The position numbers were made by a program, and so were the translations under genes. Positions 50,179 to 60,718 of a stretch of 64,000 nucleotides of DNA are shown here, piece after piece (positions within the stretch are counted from its first letter, which is position 1; every line of letters starts with the position of its first letter). The stretch is from sequence record DRR378314_468; one strand, written 5' to 3'. The notes under the pieces are model-generated. The model was not told the origin of the DNA, did no database searches, and was given only the letters and a program-made list of their open reading frames with translations.

Positions 50179-51240
50179 ATGGAAAAGAATACCCGTAAAA
50201 ATATTTTGATTACTGGAGGAGCCGGTTTTATTGGCTCTCATGTAGTTCGGCAGTTTGTCACCAAGTACGGCGATTATCACATCTTCAATCTGGATGCCTT
50301 GACCTATGCCGGGAATTTGGAAAATCTTAAAGATATAGAAAAAGCTCCAAATTATACATTTGTAAAAGGGGATATCACCGATGCAGATTTTATAAATCAT
50401 CTTTTCTTTCAAAATAGCTTTGACGGTGTAATTCATTTGGCAGCTGAGTCCCATGTGGATCGTTCCATTACCAATCCATTGTCTTTTGTGCGGACCAATG
50501 TTTTGGGTACCGTCAATTTATTGAATGCCTCTTTGGAACTGGTCAAGGACAATCCAAACTTTTTGTTTTATCATATCAGTACCGATGAGGTGTTTGGAAG
50601 CTTGGGCAAAGATGGATTTTTCACGGAAAACACATCCTATGACCCAAACTCTCCCTATTCTGCATCCAAGGCAAGTTCAGATCACTTTGTCCGTGCGTAT
50701 GGGGAAACCTATAAATTACCATTTGTTATTTCCAATTGCTCCAACAATTATGGTCCCAATCAATTCCCCGAGAAATTGATTCCATTGTTCATTAACAATA
50801 TCATACAAAATAAGCCGTTGCCTGTATATGGCGATGGAAATTATACTCGAGACTGGCTGTTTGTAAAAGATCATGCCAAGGCAATTGATTTAATATTTCA
50901 CGCGGGAAATAGGGGCGAAACCTATAATGTTGGCGGTTTTAATGAATGGAAGAACATTGATTTGACCCAATTGTTGTGCCGATTGATGGACAAAAAACTC
51001 AACAGACAGGAAGGAGCTTCAGAAAAGCTGATAACCTTTGTCAAAGATCGTCCCGGACACGATTTAAGATATGCGATTGATGCTACCAAAATCAATCAAG
51101 AATTGGGCTGGAAGCCATCCGTAACATTTGAGGAAGGACTGGAGAAAACCATAGATTGGTATTTTGATAATCAGGAGTGGTTAGATCATGTTACCTCGGG
51201 AGATTATTTGGAATATTATAAAAAGCAATATCAAGCATAA
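50179..51240 (+). CDS. rfbB: dTDP-glucose 4,6-dehydratase
   Basis: [32 protein letters not shown]. Confidence 0.96.
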   Translation: MEKNTRKNILITGGAGFIGSHVVRQFVTKYGDYHIFNLDALTYAGNLENLKDIEKAPNYTFVKGDITDADFINHLFFQNSFDGVIHLAAESHVDRSITNPLSFVRTNVLGTVNLLNASLELVKDNPNFLFYHISTDEVFGSLGKDGFFTENTSYDPNSPYSASKASSDHFVRAYGETYKLPFVISNCSNNYGPNQFPEKLIPLFINNIIQNKPLPVYGDGNYTRDWLFVKDHAKAIDLIFHAGNRGETYNVGGFNEWKNIDLTQLLCRLMDKKLNRQEGASEKLITFVKDRPGHDLRYAIDATKINQELGWKPSVTFEEGLEKTIDWYFDNQEWLDHVTSGDYLEYYKKQYQA

Positions 51241-51245
51241 ATACA

Positions 51246-52115
51246 ATGAAGGGAATCATTTTGGCAGGCGGTACAGGCAGTAGATTGCACCCACTTACCC
51301 TTTCGGTGAGCAAACAGTTGATGCCCATTTACGATAAACCGATGATCTATTATCCCTTGTCCACCCTAATGTATGCTGGAATCAAGGAAATACTTATTAT
51401 TTCCACACCAAAGGATCTTCCATTATTCAAAGAACTATTGGGCGATGGACAAAAGTACGGTTGTTCCTTTTCCTACGCAGTACAAGAGTCTCCCAACGGA
51501 TTGGCGGAAGCCTTTATTATAGGGAAAAAATTTATTGGCAAGGACAAGGTAGCCCTCATTTTGGGGGACAATGTTTTTTACGGCGCAGGTTTGTCCAAAT
51601 TGTTGCAAGCAAATAATGAACCTGATGGAGGAATTATTTATGCGTACCGAGTCAACGATCCACAGCGATATGGTGTGGTCGAGTTTGATGAAAATGGAAA
51701 AGCCATCAGTATTGAAGAGAAACCAAAGAAGCCCAAATCCAATTATGTGGTGCCAGGGATTTATTTTTATGACAATGAAGTTATCTCCATAGCCAAAAGC
51801 GTTAACCCCAGTACTAGGGGCGAATTGGAGATTACGGATGTGAACAAAGAATATTTAAAAAGAGGTAAGCTCAACGTAAGCATATTGGACAGGGGCACGG
51901 CTTGGCTGGATACAGGAACATTTCAGGCTTTGATGCAAGCATCTCAATTTGTGGAAGTCATTGAAGAGCGTCAAGGCTTGATTACAGGATCTATTGAGGT
52001 GGCCGCCTACGAAATGGGATATATCACTGAAAAGCAATTAAAGGATTTGGCCGAGCCCCTGATGAAGAGCGGTTATGGAGAAAGATTGTTGGCCATATTG
52101 AACAAAGAAGCATGA
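51246..52115 (+). CDS. rfbA: Glucose-1-phosphate thymidylyltransferase
   Basis: GIILAGG.GSRL.P.T...[23 protein letters not shown]. Confidence 0.96.
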   Translation: MKGIILAGGTGSRLHPLTLSVSKQLMPIYDKPMIYYPLSTLMYAGIKEILIISTPKDLPLFKELLGDGQKYGCSFSYAVQESPNGLAEAFIIGKKFIGKDKVALILGDNVFYGAGLSKLLQANNEPDGGIIYAYRVNDPQRYGVVEFDENGKAISIEEKPKKPKSNYVVPGIYFYDNEVISIAKSVNPSTRGELEITDVNKEYLKRGKLNVSILDRGTAWLDTGTFQALMQASQFVEVIEERQGLITGSIEVAAYEMGYITEKQLKDLAEPLMKSGYGERLLAILNKEA

Positions 52116-52645
52116 TAAAAGCGACAGAGACAAAGCTGAAGGGGTGCTTTATTTTGGAACCCGAGATTTTTGAAGATGAGCGGGGCTATTTTTTTGAGAG
52201 CTATAACCACAGGGATTTTTGTGAAGCTATTGGCAGGGAAGTAAATTTTGTGCAGGATAACCAATCTTTTTCCAAAAAAGGAGTGTTGAGAGGTTTGCAT
52301 TTCCAAAAAGGAGAGCATGCCCAGGCCAAGTTGGTTTCCGTGTTGCAAGGAAGAATTCAGGATGTGGTGGTCGATTTGCGTAAAAAATCCCCTACTTTTG
52401 GCGAGTATTTATCCATTGAGCTGGGTAGCGATGACAAAAAACAGTTGTTTGTTCCTAGAGGCTTTGCTCATGGGTTTTTAACTTTGAGTGATACTGCAGA
52501 AGTGTTTTATAAGTGCGATAATTATTATAATAAAGAGGCTGAGGGAGGGATTAGATATGATGATGCAGTACTTGGCATCAATTGGAATTTGTATGAGGAT
52601 AGTATAACTGCCTCCATTCGGGATTTGACGTTAGGTACTTTTTGA
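52112..52645 (+). CDS. rfbC: dTDP-4-dehydrorhamnose 3,5-epimerase
   Basis: [23 protein letters not shown]. Confidence 0.95.
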   Translation: MIKATETKLKGCFILEPEIFEDERGYFFESYNHRDFCEAIGREVNFVQDNQSFSKKGVLRGLHFQKGEHAQAKLVSVLQGRIQDVVVDLRKKSPTFGEYLSIELGSDDKKQLFVPRGFAHGFLTLSDTAEVFYKCDNYYNKEAEGGIRYDDAVLGINWNLYEDSITASIRDLTLGTF

Positions 52646-52739
52646 TGGGTGATTGTTTAAGAACTTATTAAAAACAAATTCCATCTTCTGGTAAGTAAAA
52701 GCTGTTTATATTTTAATTAAGGTTATAAATAATAATTTA

Positions 52740-53756
52740 ATGAAATTTGAAGGAAAATCAATTTTAATAACTGGAGGCACAGGTTCCTTGGGTAAAGCTT
52801 TAACCAAACATATTTTTGAAAGCCATCGAGATGTTCGTAGGGTAATCATTTTTTCTAGAGATGAGCAAAAGCAATTCCAAATGGCTCAGGAGTACCCCCA
52901 AGAAGAATATCCGCAAATCCGTTTTTTTATTGGCGATGTAAGAGATAAAGACAGGTTAATAAGAGCGTTCAAGGGGGTTGATTATGTAATACATGCGGCA
53001 GCTATGAAACATGTCCACTTGGCTGAATACAACCCAGAAGAATGTATCAAAACGAACATAGGAGGGGCACAAAATGTAGTAGATGCGTGTTTTGAAACCA
53101 ATGTTCAACGAGTTGTTGCTTTGTCAACAGATAAGGCATGTGCCCCTATCAATTTATATGGAGCAACCAAATTGACTTCCGACAAGCTCTTTATAGCCGC
53201 TAATAATATTAAAGGCGATAGCCCAATTCGATTTTCGGTGGTACGATATGGAAATGTAATGGGTTCTAATGGTTCCGTGATACCGTTTTTCATAAGCAAA
53301 AAGAAGTCTGAGGGGAGACTCCCGATCACAGACCCAAGTATGACTAGGTTTAATATTTCATTGCAAGGAGGTGTTGATATGGTTATGCATGCATTGGAAA
53401 ATGCTTGGGGAGGAGAACTTTTTGTTCCAAAAATCCCATCATATAAAATCATGGATGTTGCAGAGGCAATAGGTCCCCATTGTGACAAACCTATTGTAGG
53501 AATAAGACCAGGCGAAAAGGTTCACGAGGAAATGATAACGCCATCTGATTCCTTTTACACTTACGATTTGGGTAAGTATTATGCCATATTACCTTCAACT
53601 CCAAATTGGAACATGGAATACTTCATTGAATCGTTTAACGCCAAGAAAGTACCAAAAGGTTTCAGCTACAACTCAGGGAACAATGAAGTTTGGGAAAGTG
53701 TCGAAACCTTAAGAGAATTGATAAAAAACCATGTAGATCCAACATTTTCTGTATAG
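52740..53756 (+). CDS. pseB: UDP-GlcNAc 4,6-dehydratase (inverting)
   Basis: GGTGSLG, SRDEQKQ, AEYNP.ECIKTN, YGATKL, GIRPGEK.HE. Confidence 0.93.
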   Translation: MKFEGKSILITGGTGSLGKALTKHIFESHRDVRRVIIFSRDEQKQFQMAQEYPQEEYPQIRFFIGDVRDKDRLIRAFKGVDYVIHAAAMKHVHLAEYNPEECIKTNIGGAQNVVDACFETNVQRVVALSTDKACAPINLYGATKLTSDKLFIAANNIKGDSPIRFSVVRYGNVMGSNGSVIPFFISKKKSEGRLPITDPSMTRFNISLQGGVDMVMHALENAWGGELFVPKIPSYKIMDVAEAIGPHCDKPIVGIRPGEKVHEEMITPSDSFYTYDLGKYYAILPSTPNWNMEYFIESFNAKKVPKGFSYNSGNNEVWESVETLRELIKNHVDPTFSV

Positions 53757-54911
53757 ATGAAATCAATGGACGCAATACCCTATGGAAGACAGGACATATC
53801 CGAAGAGGATATTGAGGCTGTGGTCTCCACATTGAAAGCAGATTTTTTAACACAAGGACCAAAAGTGCTAGAGTTTGAAGAAGCTTTTGCTAATTATGTG
53901 GGGTCTAAATATGCAGTTGCCGTAAATAATGCAACGGCGGGACTGCACCTTGCGGTTCTTTCTTTGGGCCTGAAAAAAGGCGACCGAATCATAACTACTC
54001 CAATAACTTTTGCTGCTTCCGCCAACTGTGCCAGATACGTAGGAGCGGAAGTGTGGTTTGCGGACATTGACCCTGACACCTATTTATTGTCCTTGGACAA
54101 TACTAGAAGGCTATTGGAAAGTAAGCCTAAAGGTTTTTTTCAAGGTATAATCCCAGTAGATTTTGCAGGTTTACCAGTAGACGCGGAAGAATTTAGAAAG
54201 CTTGCAGATGAGTTTGGCCTATGGATTATCGAAGATGCGTGTCATGCTCCTGGGGGTTATTTCATAGATTCGTCCGGTAAAAGACAAATGTGTGGCAATT
54301 CAACGTTTTCAGATGCATGTGTATTCTCTTTTCACCCCGTTAAACATATAGCTTGTGGCGAAGGTGGAATGGTAACAACAAATAATGAAGGGATTTACAA
54401 AAAGCTTTCTTTGTTGCGAACCCATGGTATAACCAAAGAGAAAATGGAAGAGAATCATGGTGGGTGGTACTATGAGATGCAGGAATTGGGATATAATTAT
54501 AGGCTGACAGACATTCAATCAGCCTTGGGTATTTCACAATTAAAGAAAAATCCAGAGGGGGTTAGACTCAGAAATTTAATTTCGGATAGATATAAAAGTG
54601 CCTTTAAAGGGAAAATAAAATTTCAATCTTTGCCTAAAAATAGCTATAATGCTCACCATCTCTTTATAATTGAGGTAGACGATAGAAAGGGCCTTTATAA
54701 TTTTTTAAAGGAAAGCAAAATTTATGCACAAATACATTATATCCCTGTTCATACCTTGCCCTACTATAAGAAGATTGGATATGATGATGCAGATTTAGCA
54801 AATTCAGAAAGATACTATAACAAATGTATCAGTCTGCCCATGTATCCTACATTAAAAGAAAAAGAACAAGCATTTGTGATTGAAAAAGTACTTGAATTTA
54901 GTAATGGATAA
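53757..54911 (+). CDS. pseC: UDP-4-amino-4,6-dideoxy-N-acetyl-beta-L-altrosamine transaminase
   Basis: IPYGRQ, LTQGP, EDACHA, FSFHPVKHI..GEGG. Confidence 0.92.
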   Translation: MKSMDAIPYGRQDISEEDIEAVVSTLKADFLTQGPKVLEFEEAFANYVGSKYAVAVNNATAGLHLAVLSLGLKKGDRIITTPITFAASANCARYVGAEVWFADIDPDTYLLSLDNTRRLLESKPKGFFQGIIPVDFAGLPVDAEEFRKLADEFGLWIIEDACHAPGGYFIDSSGKRQMCGNSTFSDACVFSFHPVKHIACGEGGMVTTNNEGIYKKLSLLRTHGITKEKMEENHGGWYYEMQELGYNYRLTDIQSALGISQLKKNPEGVRLRNLISDRYKSAFKGKIKFQSLPKNSYNAHHLFIIEVDDRKGLYNFLKESKIYAQIHYIPVHTLPYYKKIGYDDADLANSERYYNKCISLPMYPTLKEKEQAFVIEKVLEFSNG

Positions 54912-55596
54912 ATTATGTATCATACCAGCTAGAGGCGGAAGCAAGAGAATACTAAAAAAAAACATTAAACCCTTTTTGGGTAGGCCCATTATCGCTTATT
55001 CAATTGAAGCTGCTTTGAAGAGTAACCTATTCGATGAGATTATGGTTTCTACGGATAATGAAGAAATTGCATCCAAGGCAATTGAGTATGGGGCTAAAGT
55101 CCCTTTTTTCCGAAGTAAGAAAACCTCCGATGATTTTGCAACAACTTATGACGTAATAGAGGAGGTTTTAGGGATATACCATGACCAAAACAGGAGTTTT
55201 GAATATGTTTGCTGTCTCTATCCGTGTGCTCCTTTGATTAATTCAGATAATTTAAGAAATGCCTATGCCAAACTAAATAATACCTTTCAGGCAGTTATAC
55301 CTATCGTCCGATTTTCATTTCCTGTACAACGGGCTTTTAAAACGAAAGGCGAACACTTAAATTTTGTAAATCCCGAATTCGAAAAAACAAGAAGTCAAGA
55401 TTTAGAAATAACATACCATGACGCAGGTCAATATTATTTTTTTAAGCCTCAAACCATTTTAAATCAGAAAACATTGATGCCCAAAAACACGACTTTTATT
55501 GAGCTAGATGAATTACATGTGCAGGACATTGATACGGAAATGGATTGGAAATTAGCTGAATTAAAATATCAACTGAGACAGAATGAAATTTCCTGA
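54904..55596 (+). CDS. pseF: Pseudaminic acid cytidylyltransferase
   Basis: IIPARGGSKRI..KN, RSQDL...YHDAGQ, QDIDT..DW..AE. Confidence 0.9.
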   Translation: MDKLCIIPARGGSKRILKKNIKPFLGRPIIAYSIEAALKSNLFDEIMVSTDNEEIASKAIEYGAKVPFFRSKKTSDDFATTYDVIEEVLGIYHDQNRSFEYVCCLYPCAPLINSDNLRNAYAKLNNTFQAVIPIVRFSFPVQRAFKTKGEHLNFVNPEFEKTRSQDLEITYHDAGQYYFFKPQTILNQKTLMPKNTTFIELDELHVQDIDTEMDWKLAELKYQLRQNEIS

Positions 55597-56149
55597 AGAG
55601 TACTCAATTCTAGAAAAAAGCAGGCTCTTTTTTGAAGATTTTGCATTGGTGCCAATTAGATACGAAGATAGGTTCGATATAATGAATTGGCGAAATGATC
55701 AGATATATCATTTAAGACAATCTGAGTTACTTACCAAAGAAAATCAAGATAATTATTTTAATAATGTTGTTGCCAACCTTTTTCTTCAAAAAGAACCTAA
55801 TCAAATACTTTTCTCGTTTCTTAAAAATGATGTATGTATTGGATATGGTGGACTAGTTCATATGAATTGGATTGATAAGCATGCGGAGATTTCATTTATT
55901 ATGAACACAGGTTTGGAGGGAAGCGATTTTCACAAAAACTGGTCAATCTTTTTAACCTTGATTGAAGAAGTGGCATTTAAAGGATTATTTCTGCATAAGA
56001 TTTTTGTTTATGCATTCGATTTGCGACCGCATCTTTACAAAACTTTGACAGAGAATAATTATTTTTTAGACGCAAGATTAATGGATCACTGCTATTTTGA
56101 CGGAAGTTTTAAGGATGTGGTTATTTATTCAAAATTGTCAAATCAATGA
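55583..56149 (+). CDS. GNAT N-acyltransferase (PseH-like)
   Basis: I.NWRN motif and RimJ/RimL-type GNAT layout; located in the pse cluster. Confidence 0.72.
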   Translation: MKFPEEYSILEKSRLFFEDFALVPIRYEDRFDIMNWRNDQIYHLRQSELLTKENQDNYFNNVVANLFLQKEPNQILFSFLKNDVCIGYGGLVHMNWIDKHAEISFIMNTGLEGSDFHKNWSIFLTLIEEVAFKGLFLHKIFVYAFDLRPHLYKTLTENNYFLDARLMDHCYFDGSFKDVVIYSKLSNQ

Positions 56150-57012
56150 GAATAGGACTTTTAATCAGTGGGGGTTTGGGAAGTATTGTATTGAGTGGAA
56201 TACAAACTTCAAATCAATTAATTTTTGTAATGACTGACAAGGAATCTACGGAGATTATCAATGCTTGCGACAAATTGGGGATAAAAACCTATGTGGGAAA
56301 CCCAAGAGGCGGAAGATGTTCAGAGTTTATTAGGGATGTTGATATCGATGTATTAATATCTGTTAATTATTTATTTTTAATAGAGGCTGATTTAATCAAT
56401 TTACCAAAAAAACTGGCCTTCAATCTCCATGGGTCTCTATTGCCAAAGTACAGGGGGAGAACGCCACATGTTTGGGCCATTATTAACAATGAAAAGTGGA
56501 CTGGGGTTACGGCTCACCTTATTGATAAAGGATGTGATACAGGAGATATTCTTGAACAACAAAAAATACGAATTGAATCAAGTGATACTGGCGCGACCAT
56601 TTTGGAAAAATATGCTAAAGTATATCCTGTTTTGCTTAATTCAGTCTTAAAGAGCATTAAAAAGAACAGCTTAAACCCTAAACCACAAAAAGCTGAGGAG
56701 GCTACTTATTTTGGAAAAAGAACGCCAAAGGATGGACTGATAAACTGGGATTGGCACAGAAAGAGAATCCATAATTGGATTCGTGCCCAGGCACCTCCTT
56801 ATCCTGGTGCTTTTAGTATTGTCAACAAAAAGAAAATAGTTTTTGAATCAAGTGCTAATAGTAATCTTGGGTTTGATTATAACACAAAAAATGGCACTAT
56901 TCTTTCAGAATCACCTTTGATTGTGAAAACGCCAAATGGTGCTTTGGAATTGAATTTATATCAGAAGTCAGATATGAAAATGCTTAAAGTAAATCAGCAA
57001 TTGGAATGGTAA
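56146..57012 (+). CDS. Sugar N-formyltransferase (Fmt/ArnA-like)
   Basis: NLHGSLLPKYRG, DTGDI, IRA..PPYPGAF. Confidence 0.85.
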   Translation: MRIGLLISGGLGSIVLSGIQTSNQLIFVMTDKESTEIINACDKLGIKTYVGNPRGGRCSEFIRDVDIDVLISVNYLFLIEADLINLPKKLAFNLHGSLLPKYRGRTPHVWAIINNEKWTGVTAHLIDKGCDTGDILEQQKIRIESSDTGATILEKYAKVYPVLLNSVLKSIKKNSLNPKPQKAEEATYFGKRTPKDGLINWDWHRKRIHNWIRAQAPPYPGAFSIVNKKKIVFESSANSNLGFDYNTKNGTILSESPLIVKTPNGALELNLYQKSDMKMLKVNQQLEW

Positions 57013-57022
57013 TATAAACAAT

Positions 57023-58063
57023 ATGAAAATAGACAATTTTGAAATAAATGAAACGTCCCCTTGCTTTATCATTGCTGAATTATCGGCTAACCACAATGGG
57101 GATATTGATATTGCCAAGAGAACAATAATTGAAGCAAAAAAGGCAGGTGCCAATGCGGTAAAACTCCAAACCTATACTCCTGACACCCTAACTATTGATT
57201 GTAACAACGAATACTTTCAGATTCATGGAGGGACCTTATGGGACGGAAAGACTCTTTATGAGCTATATGGGGAGGCCTATACGCCTTGGGAATGGCATGA
57301 AGAGCTTTTTGAATTGGCAAAGAGCGAGGGTTTGATTTGCTTTTCATCTCCTTTTGATAAATCCGCAGTGGATTTTTTAGAAGAGTTAAATGTTCCTGCA
57401 TACAAAATTGCCTCTTTTGAGATTCAAGACATCCCCCTAATAGAGTATGCCGCATCAAAGCGCAAACCTATGATTATATCAACAGGAATTGCTAATGAAG
57501 AAGACATAAGTTTGGCTATTGAGGCATGCCACAAAATGAATAATCAAGAGATTATCTTGTTAAAGTGTACGTCTTCATATCCTGCTCCATTGGAGCTTGC
57601 CAACCTAAACACTATACCCGATTTAAAACAAAAGTTTAATGTCCAGGTTGGATTTAGTGACCATACTTATGGTAGTTTGGCCCCTACAGTAGCGGTTACT
57701 TTAGGAGCAAGGGTTATTGAAAAACATTTCATTCTGGAGAAATCCATTGGAGGTCCAGATGCAGACTTTTCTTTGGACGTGGATGAGTTCAAAGCGATGG
57801 TTGATAAAGTGCGGGATACGGAAAGATTATTAGGTAGGGTTTCTTATGAAATTTCTGAAAAGGTAAAAAAGAACAGGAAATTTGCTCGCTCTCTATTTTT
57901 GGTCTCGGATGTCAAGGCGGGGGAACGAGTCACAGAAGACAATGTTAGGTCAATTAGACCAGGTTATGGGATGCACCCCAAATTTTTGAATAAAGTATTG
58001 GGAAAAACATTTACAGGAGATTTTATGAAAGGAACTCCTTTAAATAAGAAGATGATAAAATGA
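57023..58063 (+). CDS. pseI: Pseudaminic acid synthase
   Basis: IAELSANHNG, KLQTYT.DT.T, KIASFE, GFSDHT, IEKHF; C-terminal SAF/AFP-like domain. Confidence 0.93.
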   Translation: MKIDNFEINETSPCFIIAELSANHNGDIDIAKRTIIEAKKAGANAVKLQTYTPDTLTIDCNNEYFQIHGGTLWDGKTLYELYGEAYTPWEWHEELFELAKSEGLICFSSPFDKSAVDFLEELNVPAYKIASFEIQDIPLIEYAASKRKPMIISTGIANEEDISLAIEACHKMNNQEIILLKCTSSYPAPLELANLNTIPDLKQKFNVQVGFSDHTYGSLAPTVAVTLGARVIEKHFILEKSIGGPDADFSLDVDEFKAMVDKVRDTERLLGRVSYEISEKVKKNRKFARSLFLVSDVKAGERVTEDNVRSIRPGYGMHPKFLNKVLGKTFTGDFMKGTPLNKKMIK

Positions 58064-58079
58064 AAATCTTGATATCAAT

Positions 58080-59291
58080 TTGAGAACTGGGATTTATAAT
58101 GTTTTTTTCAGAAGTCTGACTTTATTTGCCAAGTTCCTGTTTATCCTGTTCTTAGGAAGGTATTCCCCAAACGAGCTAAACTTGGGGGTATATGGACTAT
58201 TTGTGACCTCGGTAACTTTATTGATTTATTTTATAGGGTTTGATTTTTATGTGTTCAACACACGAGAAATTATAAGTGATCGAACTCACCTGTCAGAAAA
58301 ACTCTCAAATCAACTTATACTTCACTTAATAGTATATGTGGCGATTATTCCTGTTGCGGTATTCATATTAGGGCGAACGGGAATTATTGGTAGTAGTTAT
58401 CTATGGGTTTTTGTTTTCTTAGTGGTGGCGGAACACCTAGGTCAAGAGTTTTATCGACTTTTTACAACTCTTGAGAAATCAGTATTTGCAAATATTATTT
58501 TATTCATTAGATCAGGGTTTTGGGTCCTTATAGTATTTTTTGATTTTTTTGTTCTCAAAAACCCTGTTGATTTAAAAAAGTACCTGATTTTTTGGCTTTG
58601 CTGCTCTAGTTCTGCCGTAGCGTTCTCTACAATCTTTGTGGGTAAGAACTATAATATTTTGTTTAGCCCTCCTGATTTTGGTTGGATAGTAAAAGGGCTA
58701 AAGACAGCCTCAGTCTTTTTTTTAAGTTCAATTTCCTTTCAAGTGATTCAATTCTCCGACAGATTTATTATAGATTTTTTTTATGGAAAAAAAATGGTGG
58801 GGATTTATACTATGTATTCTCAATTTACAAATGCCATTGAAATATTTACTTTTTCGGCAATTACAATGGTGGCTTATCCAAAAATGATTAAAGTTTTTGA
58901 AAAAAAGGATATATACGAGAAAACAAAAAACACTTTTTTCAAAAGACTCATTTCAATGACCATTCTTTTAGTTGTATTTTGCGCTTTATTATCCCCTCTA
59001 ATTTTTAGTTTTTTGAATAAAGATTCTATAATGGATGAATTAGATACTTTTTATATACTCCTTGGGGGAGGGATTTTTCTAATAATGTCCAATGTATATC
59101 ATTATGATTTATTTGTGAAGAAAAAGGACCCCATCATTTTAAAAACGGCAATAGGTGGAATGGTTTTAAACATTATTCTTAATTTGATAATGATTCCAAA
59201 ATGGTCAATTGAAGGAGCTGCTTGGTCGACAGGCATAACCTTCCTTTTGATTTTCACAACAAAATATTATTATAGTAAAAAGCAAGCATGA
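58080..59291 (+). CDS. wzx: Wzx-type oligosaccharide flippase
   Basis: About 12 TM; DRFII.....VGIY and LN..MIP.W.I.GAA motifs. Confidence 0.82.
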   Translation: MRTGIYNVFFRSLTLFAKFLFILFLGRYSPNELNLGVYGLFVTSVTLLIYFIGFDFYVFNTREIISDRTHLSEKLSNQLILHLIVYVAIIPVAVFILGRTGIIGSSYLWVFVFLVVAEHLGQEFYRLFTTLEKSVFANIILFIRSGFWVLIVFFDFFVLKNPVDLKKYLIFWLCCSSSAVAFSTIFVGKNYNILFSPPDFGWIVKGLKTASVFFLSSISFQVIQFSDRFIIDFFYGKKMVGIYTMYSQFTNAIEIFTFSAITMVAYPKMIKVFEKKDIYEKTKNTFFKRLISMTILLVVFCALLSPLIFSFLNKDSIMDELDTFYILLGGGIFLIMSNVYHYDLFVKKKDPIILKTAIGGMVLNIILNLIMIPKWSIEGAAWSTGITFLLIFTTKYYYSKKQA

Positions 59292-60718
59292 TAATAGTTG
59301 ACTTGATAAACGACGAAGCACTTTTATTTATTGAAGCCTTTAAAAAACTTATAGACACATCTGCTTTGGAGTCTAAAAACATTGATTGGGTGACTGAAGG
59401 GAATAGATGGGCTAAAGAAACTACAGGTTTACAGCTCTTGAATCGTCTAAAGTTTTTCGATGAACTCGATGAAAAACAAATTGACCTTGAAAGCGAATTA
59501 TCGAGACTTTCTAGAGAGTATGATAATTTTAATATATATGCCTGTGACAGATATTTGACACAGTTAGATAGGCAAATGCAGGTGAAATTGCTGGTCTACA
59601 CTTTTCTGTTTTATGAAAAAATATTTGAGTCAGGTAAAACAACCCACTATTTTACTACTGGCATAGCATATACTTACAATTTGGTTTCTTTCCAAGTGGC
59701 AAGAAAAAGAAATATCAAACACATTTCATTTTACGGGACCCGTTATGACAATCGGACGGCTATTTCTTTGGATATAAAAAACACGTTTAATGAAGTGGAT
59801 AAACATTATCAAAACTATAGTTTTGACAAGGTTTCTCCGAAAATGTATGGTAGGGTTAAAGGCTTTATAAATAGACCCATTCAACCTGCATACATGAAAA
59901 ATGCTATCAATGCCTCATCTATAAAAGGAGTGTTTATCAAAGAGTTTTTTATTAGGGCCAATCAGTACTATTTCTCAAATAAGCATAAGTATGATTTTTT
60001 TACCAGGAGCCCATTAGAATTGAGCAGATTTAAACTCAATAAAATTTTACAAGCAAAGAAAATTAATGCTTTTCATAATAACGTTTTTGATAAGCCAAAT
60101 TATAAAGACAGGTATTTTATTTTTCCATTGCACATGCAACCAGAGGCGAGCACACTTATCTTATCTCCATTTTACGTGGATCAAAAGACAACAATAATTA
60201 ATATTAGCAAATGTCTGCCTTTAGATACAATAATTTATGTAAAGGAGCATAAAAGTGCATTGGGACAGCACAGTCTGGGTTTTTATAAGGACCTTAAGAA
60301 ATATGCCAACATTAAATTGATTTCATATAGAGAAAACATGTTTGATTTAATAAAACATAGTTTGGGGACCATCAATCTTTCAAGTACAGTTGGTTTTGAA
60401 TCATTGTTCTTGAAAAAACCAGCTGTTGTTTTGGGAGATGTTTTTTATAATTCAACAGGGCTTGTATTTAAAGTAGATTCTTTTAAAGAGTTAAACGAGG
60501 TTTTGGAAAAAGTTTCCAAAGAGGGTTTTGATGTTGACAATGAGTTTGATGAATACGATGCAAGGTTCGCCTTTTATTTGGATTCGTTGATTAATGCCTC
60601 CTATCCTTTCGAGTTCAATGTTGCCAAATTAGATACTAAGAAAAGGGTTCTTAAAGGTGAGAATATAGATGAATTTAAAAAATGCCTTTTCAGACTAATT
60701 AATAAGCAGAAAAAATAG
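59288..60718 (+). CDS. KpsS/Capsule_synth-like glycosyltransferase (candidate pseudaminyltransferase)
   Basis: FPLH.QPEAS, YVKEH, SSTVGFE..F..KP...LG..FY motifs. Confidence 0.72.
   Translation: MIIVDLINDEALLFIEAFKKLIDTSALESKNIDWVTEGNRWAKETTGLQLLNRLKFFDELDEKQIDLESELSRLSREYDNFNIYACDRYLTQLDRQMQVKLLVYTFLFYEKIFESGKTTHYFTTGIAYTYNLVSFQVARKRNIKHISFYGTRYDNRTAISLDIKNTFNEVDKHYQNYSFDKVSPKMYGRVKGFINRPIQPAYMKNAINASSIKGVFIKEFFIRANQYYFSNKHKYDFFTRSPLELSRFKLNKILQAKKINAFHNNVFDKPNYKDRYFIFPLHMQPEASTLILSPFYVDQKTTIINISKCLPLDTIIYVKEHKSALGQHSLGFYKDLKKYANIKLISYRENMFDLIKHSLGTINLSSTVGFESLFLKKPAVVLGDVFYNSTGLVFKVDSFKELNEVLEKVSKEGFDVDNEFDEYDARFAFYLDSLINASYPFEFNVAKLDTKKRVLKGENIDEFKKCLFRLINKQKK

Noticed and set aside
56146-57012. 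Housekeeping methionyl-tRNA formyltransferase (fmt)
   Set aside because: Lacks the usual N-terminal FMGTP motif and is embedded in a low-GC sugar pathway.
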